Part shown: positions 63,067-64,000 of the stretch, one piece after another
How the letters are laid out: every line of letters begins with the position of its first letter
Position numbering within the stretch: the stretch's first letter is position 1
NCBI GenBank assembly: GCA_025603075.1
Contig: MU626305.1
Span: forward strand, 1 to 64,000
Reading direction: 5' to 3'
Origin: Neoconidiobolus thromboides FSU 785
Lineage: Eukaryota; Fungi; Entomophthoromycota
Length of the DNA: 64,000 nt
Notes under the pieces: model-generated
What the model saw: the letters and a program-made list of their open reading frames with translations, nothing else
The model's database searches: none
What the model was told of the DNA's origin: nothing
Translations under genes and position numbers: made by a program

Positions 63067-63961
63067 TTATAAGGAAGCCCCATAACTAAAAGTAAGTAAG
63101 ATAATTAAAAATAAATAAACTAAATTTACCCAAAGGTGGACTTAATGCTATTCCAATAAAAACGGTTCCAATTATCTCTAGTAATATCTTCTTGTCCAAC
63201 TGGAACACCTTCTTGTTTTAAAATTAAATTTACAGATCCAGACAATTCTTCTAACTCAATAGTGACAATGGAATAATGGCCTAACAGTAAATAAAATGTT
63301 AAAATAACAAAAATATTAACTTACTTTCAGGCCATAAATTGGAACGCCATTTAAGTTGAATCTTTTTATTTTCTTGCTGTAATAATTATTAGCTTTGGCT
63401 TATCAAAAACAGACTTAAATATTTACTAATTCTATTAATTCACCCGATATATTACCACCAAATAATCTAAATGGTGCCCCTTTTTCTTTACCGAATTGTA
63501 CATCAGAACGAGACCAAATGGACATTAAAGTGGAATCTGTTAATGCAGCGTACAATTGTGCTGCTGATGTAACAAACTCGATAGTATCATTTAAAGTAGT
63601 TGTATTAACCTTTTTAGGCTCTCCTTTAGTAACTGAAGCAACCACTGTATCTTTAACACTCTTTTCGTTTAACACTTGGACATTAGTAATACCGGTCGTA
63701 TTTACTGGTGCAGGAGTACCTAATAATTCTTTTGGTATATAAACATCTTTTGAGTGATGCTCAACTAAATCCTTAGGGAAGCTTAAAAATACTTTGATCA
63801 TTTGCTCCTTTAATAAAGTTCTTATAATATTTCTAAATGCATCTTTTTCTCTGGTATCATTATCAATACTGACTTCAAATACAAAATCATCTTCATCAGT
63901 ATCATGGGCGACTTCTGGTACACTAATATGACCTTTTGCTTTTTCGCCAGAAGGCAAAACA
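63067..63961 (-). CDS. AHA1: Hsp90 ATPase activator Aha1, 3' part (5' end lies beyond the window)
   Basis: KAKGHISVPEVAHD; FPK.LVE.HSKDV; F.LFGGNISGE; QEGVPVGQE; WNSIKSTF. Confidence 0.9.
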
Positions 63962-64000
63962 CCTATTTTTATTAGGCATTCTTTCTAGAAATAACAGCAA

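Overview
This is a eukaryotic window, not prokaryotic: very AT-rich fungal genomic DNA with short (~45-70 nt) GT-AG introns and the standard code. The gene content and intron style suggest an early-diverging fungus, probably Zoopagomycota/Entomophthorales-like (inference). The ORF track uses TTG/GTG starts and ignores introns, so I re-spliced genes by eye; exon boundaries are best estimates. The first ~10.7 kb is a gene-poor island. It holds two small tandem homeobox genes, a decayed Ty3/Gypsy RT-RNaseH-integrase relic and 11 near-full copies of a ~105-bp MITE-like repeat. The rest is compact and gene-dense. Recognisable genes are metacaspase, a universal stress protein, a DNAJC9-like J protein, HOM2, a GCIP-like protein, phosducin-like PLP1, MSH5, CDC37, BIO2, trifunctional TRP1, MnSOD, SPC25-like, ArfGAP GLO3, ECH1, GLR1, mitochondrial IF2, WHI2, SDH8, BRO1, RFC5 and a 5'-truncated AHA1. 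The most interesting unexplained items are: (1) the dispersed ATAT-GGGG...CCC-ATAT element (17 near-full copies plus fragments); (2) a ~880-aa membrane-anchored orphan with a permuted papain-like His...Asn-Cys motif pair; (3) a SERTA-like small acidic protein; (4) a 3-exon orphan with 9-aa tandem repeats; (5) two hairpin-rich intergenic islands that may be ncRNAs. No rRNA, tRNA or CRISPR array was found.
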